From: Hormiphora californensis
Lineage: Eukaryota; Animalia; Ctenophora
Direction of reading: 5' to 3'
Assembly (NCBI GenBank): GCA_020137815.1
Contig: CM035361.1
Coordinates: 6,448,001-6,512,000 of the forward strand
DNA length: 64,000 bases
Part shown: piece by piece, positions 1 through 64,000 of the stretch
How positions within the stretch are numbered: the stretch's first letter is position 1
Layout: each line of letters starts with the position of its first letter
Made by a program: the position numbers and the translations under genes
Notes under the pieces: model-generated
The model's database searches: none
The model's input: the letters and a program-made list of their open reading frames with translations, nothing else
Told to the model about the DNA's origin: nothing

Positions 1-990
1 CACAATGTTAGTAACTTAATATACATGATGGGGCACAATGTTAGTAACTTAATATACATGATGGGGCACAATGTTAGTAACTTAATATACATGATGGGGC
101 ACAATGTTAGTAACTTAATATACATGATGGGGCACAATGTTAGTAACTTAATATACATGATGGGGCACAATGTTAGTAACTTAATATACATGATGGGGCA
201 CAATGTTAGTAACTTAATATACATGATGGGGCACAATGTTAGTAACTTAATATACATGATGGGGCACAATGTTAGTAACTTAATATACATGATGGGGCAC
301 AATGTTAGTAACTTAATATACATGATGGGGCACAATGTTAGTAACTTAATATACATGATGGGGCACAATGTTAGTAACTTAATATACATGATGGGGCACA
401 ATGTTAGTAACTTAATATACATGATGGGGCACAATGTTAGTAACTTAATATACATGATGGGGCACAATGTTAGTAACTTAATATACATGATGGGGCACAA
501 TGTTAGTAACTTAATATACATGATGGGGCACAATGTTAGTAACTTAATATACATGATGGGGCACAATGTTAGTAACTTAATATACATGATGGGGCACAAT
601 GTTAGTAACTTAATATACATGATGGGGCACAATGTTAGTAACTTAATATACATGATGGGGCACAATGTTAGTAACTTAATATACATGATGGGGCACAATG
701 TTAGTAACTTAATATACATGATGGGGCACAATGTTAGTAACTTAATATACATGATGGGGCACAATGTTAGTAACTTAATATACATGATGGGGCACAATGT
801 TAGTAACTTAATATACATGATGGGGCACAATGTTAGTAACTTAATATACATGATGGGGCACAATGTTAGTAACTTAATATACATGATGGGGCACAATGTT
901 AGTAACTTAATATACATGATGGGGCACAATGTTAGTAACTTAATATACATGATGGGCACAATGTAATTAAGATACATTGATGGGGCACAA
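1..990 (+). repeat. 33-bp tandem array, about 29 identical copies
   Basis: Unit CACAATGTTAGTAACTTAATATACATGATGGGG. Confidence 0.97.
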
Positions 991-1592
991 TGTTAGGTAA
1001 CTTAGTATAATAATTAATAACTAATAAAATTTTAATATCACGTATATATTATAATTATACTTAATTTATTTCATTAATATTTGATATTTTTATTAAATGG
1101 TCTCTATATTTTTAGACTGGTCCCTTAATAAACTTGCAAACACAATCGGACCTGGTTAGATATTTAGGGCAGCATCTATACCAGCGGGTGTAAGTTGATC
1201 TATCATGATGCTCATTAATACGAAGGAACATCATATCCTTGACTCTCATCATTCTACGATAGCTATGGCGAGCAGATCGAGAGAGCGATGCGATCGAGGA
1301 TGACGGTAGGCGCAGAGAGAGAGCGGAGAGGCAGCATCGCGAGGCGAGAGCGAAGAGAGAGCGCGAGAGAGAGAGAGAGAGAGAGACGAGAGAGGAGAGG
1401 AAGAGATCGAGGAAGAGGCGAGAGAGCAGAGAAGAGGAGAGAGAGACGGAAGATACTATCTGCTTACTATATCTCTATCGAGTCAGTAGAGCATCTAGTA
1501 CTCTTATAGATATAGACCTAAGCTACTCTCTTTTACTCTTCATCTCTTCGTTCTCTCTCTCTATCTCTTTATCTCTCTCTCTCGTCTCTCTC

Positions 1593-1678
<86 letters not shown>

Positions 1679-1713
1679 GTTTAACAACATTAACAAAAAT
1701 ATTCTTACTTCAG

Positions 1714-59332
<57,619 letters not shown>

Positions 59333-59712
59333 GTAAGTCACATTTTGTAGGCTACAAATCTATTATATGATTAGATTACTGGTTAAAATGGTCTATTACT
59401 TTTTAGTGCACGAGGCCGAAGGCCGAGTGCTCTAAATACAACAATAATGAACCGAGACCGACAGGTCGAGGTAGATCCTTTTACTTAGCTGCCGAGCCTG
59501 CGAGGCACGCTAAGTGTAACTACTGAGCGAGCCTGCGAGCTCTGTAGTTGTACTTTTGGGCCGAGCCTGCGAGGCCTAAAAGTGAAAGAATCTTTAACAT
59601 TATTGTTGTGTAATAGAGCATGTAAAAGCAGTCATCTAATTTTATTAGATGATTTTGGAAACAAACTGAGTGAAAGAGATAAAGATTGAGTGAGAGAGAG
59701 AGAGAAAGAGAA

Positions 59713-59775
<63 letters not shown>

Positions 59776-59945
59776 TGTGCAGTAGTGCACACGCCCTAAC
59801 CCTTATCTTTTCTTCCCCTCTGCAACTATAGGTCACGTGATCGTCACGTGATGGCACCACACCAATGAGCGTCCTGCATCTGCTTTCCCTCTCTGCCTTC
59901 GATTCTCTCTTTTCCTATCTCTCTCTCTCACACACACACACATTA

Positions 59946-60032
<87 letters not shown>

Positions 60033-60258
60033 ACTTAATCTTTATCCCGTTCACTCAGTTGTAATGTTTGTAATGTTCACACTGTGTGCGTGTGACTAGA
60101 AAGTGTATAAATTTTCACATACCACTGCAGCGGTATTTTACTTTATAATTACTAGTGTTTTTGCAGTGGTCTAAAATTTCACAGTACACTTTAACCACCG
60201 GAAACGGTGGTCTATGAAAACTTAGATCACCGGTCAAAATTGTCCAATAGTTAATTAT

Positions 60259-63200
60259 TAAGTGCTGTCCAGGAGTGTGAACCGGTGTTTTAGGATGAAC
60301 GATTTTGATGAAGTTACGAATAGAGAGGAGTTTGATAGTACTATGGCTAGAACTGTTTTTTCTGATAGGTCGGGGGGGTCAGGGTTGTGTTGTCCTGAGG
60401 CGTCTGCTCGACGCGGGAAAGGCTCCGGAGGGGGTCACCAAAGACCAGCTCTGGATACTCCTGATGAAGACCCATTCTCTGCTACCTTCTGGAACAAGAA
60501 CACGTTTCGACAGTTGCGGAAGCTCAGTAGCTGACATCTCTATCGGACATGCTGACTTACTGAAGGAAAGTTTTGAGAGTCTTAAATCTGATTTATTGAG
60601 TACGATCGAAAGGAAAGTGGAGGACAAGGTGACAGCGATTTTACAGAAAACTGTTTCTGATAATGAAGAGGAGAAAGTGGCTGTACCCCCAATGAGACGT
60701 TATGTTGATATCAAGCTGGATACAACTGTCACTGAGGATGATGACTCGGTACCGGTGTGTCCTAAAGTGCAATGGGCTGATCATGTAAGGCCTAAAGTGG
60801 AGGAGGCACTGAAAGGAGTTCCAGTATTGAATACAGTAGTCAACAAGGGGAGTGTTAGACTATCGTTCCAGACAGAGGACCAGCTCAAGGAGGCTAAGGA
60901 TGTTCTATCCCCGGTGTTTGCGCAGGATGTCCAGATGTTTACGGAAAAGAAAGCCTATCTCGACCCAAGAATTGCGATAAATGATTTGGGAGAGGATTTA
61001 CTAAACAAGGAGGCACTGTTTGCAGAATTGGCAAGTGTGAAGAATGAGAGAATCAAGACTCTTGTTGACCAAGGAGAGACATTGAAGGTCATCCATATCA
61101 ATTCTAGAGGAAAATTTGCGGTGCTTCAGGTGTCACCAGAGATCCGGAGGGTTATTGCATCGAACAAAGATAAGATATTCCTGAGACTTTCGGCAACATT
61201 CTGTGCGAGATCGGTTCCATGTAATTCAGTGCTTTCACTGTCAGGAATTTGGACATGTGGCAGGCTCGATCAGGTGCTCAAAGAAGGATGATTCAGCAGT
61301 TTGTGCATTCTGTTCTGGAAGGCATGAGACAAGGGAGTGTAACAACAGGAAGAGGAATGATGTGGGAAGGATGGTGTGTGTTAACTGCAACAACAGTAGC
61401 AGTAGAGAGGACAAAAGATACGCCAAGACTCATATGGCTTCAAGTGCATTGTGTCCGTACTACATCAATGAACGTGGACGACTGATGGATAGGACAAGTG
61501 GTGTGACCAAAGAGGAAAAAAACGGCTACAGGACGAGGGCAATGGAGGATCTGCGAGCAAAACGACTTGGAGGATCGGGACGTTAAATGTGCATTCGATT
61601 ATGAACAAAACAGGAGGAGTTATTGCACATCTGGAGGAGAAGGAATGTGACGTGTGTCTTATCCAAGAAACATATCTGAAGGTCACTGACACGGCTAAAA
61701 TACAGGAAATAAAAGATAATGGCTGGAACATCTTTTCTAGTCCGAGGAATGAGCGGTCTGGAGGTGGAATTGGAGTCTTATACCGGGATGGAGTGATGGT
61801 AAAATTGGCACCGGTGAAGTACAGTTTAAAACTTTTCAGTCCAGGAGGTTCTAATCGGAGGAGAAGAGGATTTACTGAGACTCTGTAACATTTACAGACC
61901 CCCATATACTGGAAAGGCAAGATACACAGAGGCAAACTTCCTTGATGAAATCAATGATTACTTCTCTGACCTACTAATGAAAACTGGCAAACCCCTTAAT
62001 TATGGGTGACTTCAATTTTCAAGTTCAGGATGAGGAAAATTTCTATGCACGGAAGCTGCTAGAAATGTTGGATTCTTTCGATTTCATGCAGAATGTTCCA
62101 GCAGAACCTACTCATGTTAGAGGAGGAACCCTGGATCTGGTCATTTGTCAACGGGATTTGGCTGGTAAGATGAGGAGGCTTAACATCTTTCCTGAAGGAA
62201 CTTTGTCGGATCATTTCTTGGTAACAGTGGATGTGGGAACTTAATACCCCTGGAAAGGATTTCATTACTCGGAAAAGGATTAACATGTATCGTGACTTCA
62301 AGTCTGTGGATGTGGAGGCTTTCAGGAGGGAGTTGCAAGGAGAGTGTCTTGAGGTTCCAGATGGTGCATCAGTGGAGGATACGCTTGGAATTTATGACAA
62401 AGCACTGAATAGTGTCGTGGAACGCCTGGTCCAGATGAAGCGGCGAAAACCAATGAAGAACCGGAGACCTTGGAGGGATAGACAAGATGTGAGAGAAGCT
62501 CTCAGAAAGAGGAGGCAAGCGGAGAGAGCTTGGGAGAAAAAACAAGACCGGTTTAAAACAAAGCACAGTACAAAGACCTCCAGAGGGAAATTTAACAAGA
62601 GTGACAAAGAGGCAAGGATGGAGTTTTGTGAAGAAGAATCTAGAGGAGGTTAAGGATGACCCAGCGGCTCTCCAGAAGAGACTTGGGCATGTACTGGGGA
62701 GGACGGAGACATCGTTACCAAGTGGACCTTCAGATAAGAAATTGGCGGATGAATTGCATCATTCTTTAGTGGAAAGATTGAAAAGATCAGGTCGGTTATC
62801 CTTGAGGAACAGGAGAGGAATCCGGATGAGGAACCCGTGTCATCGGCGGTACATGGAGGATGTACGCTTAATCAGTTTGAGGAAATCTCGGTTGGTGGGC
62901 TGATCCAGATGGTGAAGGAACTTTCCAGTAAGACGTGTGATTTAGACCCTATCCCTACTTGGCTGGTGAAGGACTGTCTCGAGGAGTTAGCGCCAATCCT
63001 AACGGAAATTGTAAACAAATCACTGAAGCGGGCATGTGTTCCTGATGCTCTACAGGGAGCACTGGTTATGCCTACTATCAAGAACCCGAACGGTGATAAG
63101 GACCTGCTGTCGAATTACAGACCGGTATCGAACATAGCGTTCGTTTCAAAGCTACTGGAAAAGGTTGTCCTCACTCAGTTGAATGGATACCTATGGAAAA

Positions 63201-64000
63201 ATGATCTACTTAACCCCAACCAATCGGGATATAGAGTTGGGCACAGCTGTGAGACTCTTCTTGCGGGTATGTTTGATGACCTTCTAAAGGATTTGGACTC
63301 TGGAAAAGTTGCTGCACTCATGCTTCTTGACATGAGCGCGGCATTCGACACGGTGGACCATCAGGCGCTAATTGGAGTATTAGAGAGGAGATTTGGTGTG
63401 ACTGGATTGGCGTTGGACTGGTTTAGGAGTTACCTAGGATCGAGGAATTTTCAAGTGAACATACGAGGAGAACTTTCAGCGCTATTGCCCTTATCTGTGG
63501 GGTTCCACAAGGATCTCTGTTGGGACCGGTTCTTTTCTACTTTACATTGAGGAATTACAGGATATTGCCCGGCCATACGGTTTGAGCATCAAGCTCTATG
63601 CTGATGACTCTCAACTGTATGTTAGCCTGATACCGACTGATGCGGATGGATGGAATGTAACGAAGCAGGCAGTGGGAGGAGTGCCTTGGTAACATGAAGA
63701 AGTGGATGGTCTCTAACTGGCTAAAGTGTAATGAAGACAAGACAGAGTTTGTCCTCCTTGGGAAATCTAGCTCTTTGGAAAAGCTCAATTTTGATCCGGT
63801 AATAAACTTTGGGGGTACGTCATTAGTACCAATGAAATGCCAAGGACAGACTGGAAAAACACTAGGAGTACTACTTGATGATCACCTTACGTTGGAGCGT
63901 CAGGTAAATAATGTGAAACGACAATGTGGACTGATGCTGAAGAACCTCTGGCAAGTTAACAAGTGCCTAGACAAGAGTACTAAGATCCTTCTTGTAAAGC
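60259..64000 (+). mobile_element. Near-full-length L2/CR1-group LINE (ORF1 with zinc knuckles; ORF2 APE plus RT), frameshifted, runs off the window
   Basis: ORF1 CFHCQEFGH, CAFCSGRH..C, CVNC..H..CP; APE motifs IQET, GGGIG, MGDFN, THVRGGTLDL, SDH; RT motifs NYRPVSN, QSGYRVGHSCET, LDMSAAFDTVDH, YADD. Clearly related to the element at 19780-22067. Confidence 0.92.

Noticed and set aside
25-966. 313-aa repetitive ORF, and similar ORFs at 15845-16471, 22291-22905 and 45382-45837, as stand-alone genes
   Set aside because: These are by-products of stop-free tandem units; only the portions matching host exons are supported.
60259-64000. Programmed frameshifting in the LINE
   Set aside because: The shifts are numerous and scattered, consistent with decay or indel errors.

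Overview
Eukaryotic, intron-rich DNA, most likely from a ctenophore. A recurring ~110-bp repeat translates to QPIRTRYLGHVTGYQPIRDQYF, which I recall from Pleurobrachia gene models; this is unverified here. Nearly the whole window is the interior of one giant + strand gene with dozens of short GT-AG exons from at least 1714 to 59332 and no start or stop visible. It encodes an extracellular mosaic of F-type lectin-like, kringle, pentraxin, PAN/apple, WSC-like, ricin-type and many Ig-like domains. Its introns hold a nested antisense intronless GT27 polypeptide GalNAc-transferase gene, a probable second nested antisense gene, two L2/CR1-group LINEs and many non-autonomous DNA elements (hAT-, Tc1/mariner-, piggyBac-, Kolobok- and Helentron/HINE-like). 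Three signals stand out. (1) Tandem arrays and duplications are anchored on splice junctions and multiply donor or acceptor sites up to ~24-fold, with consistent polarity: the first donor copy or last acceptor copy is the real one. (2) Whole domains are repeatedly inserted inside other domains, twice as phase 1-1 exon cassettes. (3) One host exon reads in frame into an uninterrupted LINE reverse transcriptase. Exon boundaries were traced by eye and the sequence appears to contain indel errors.
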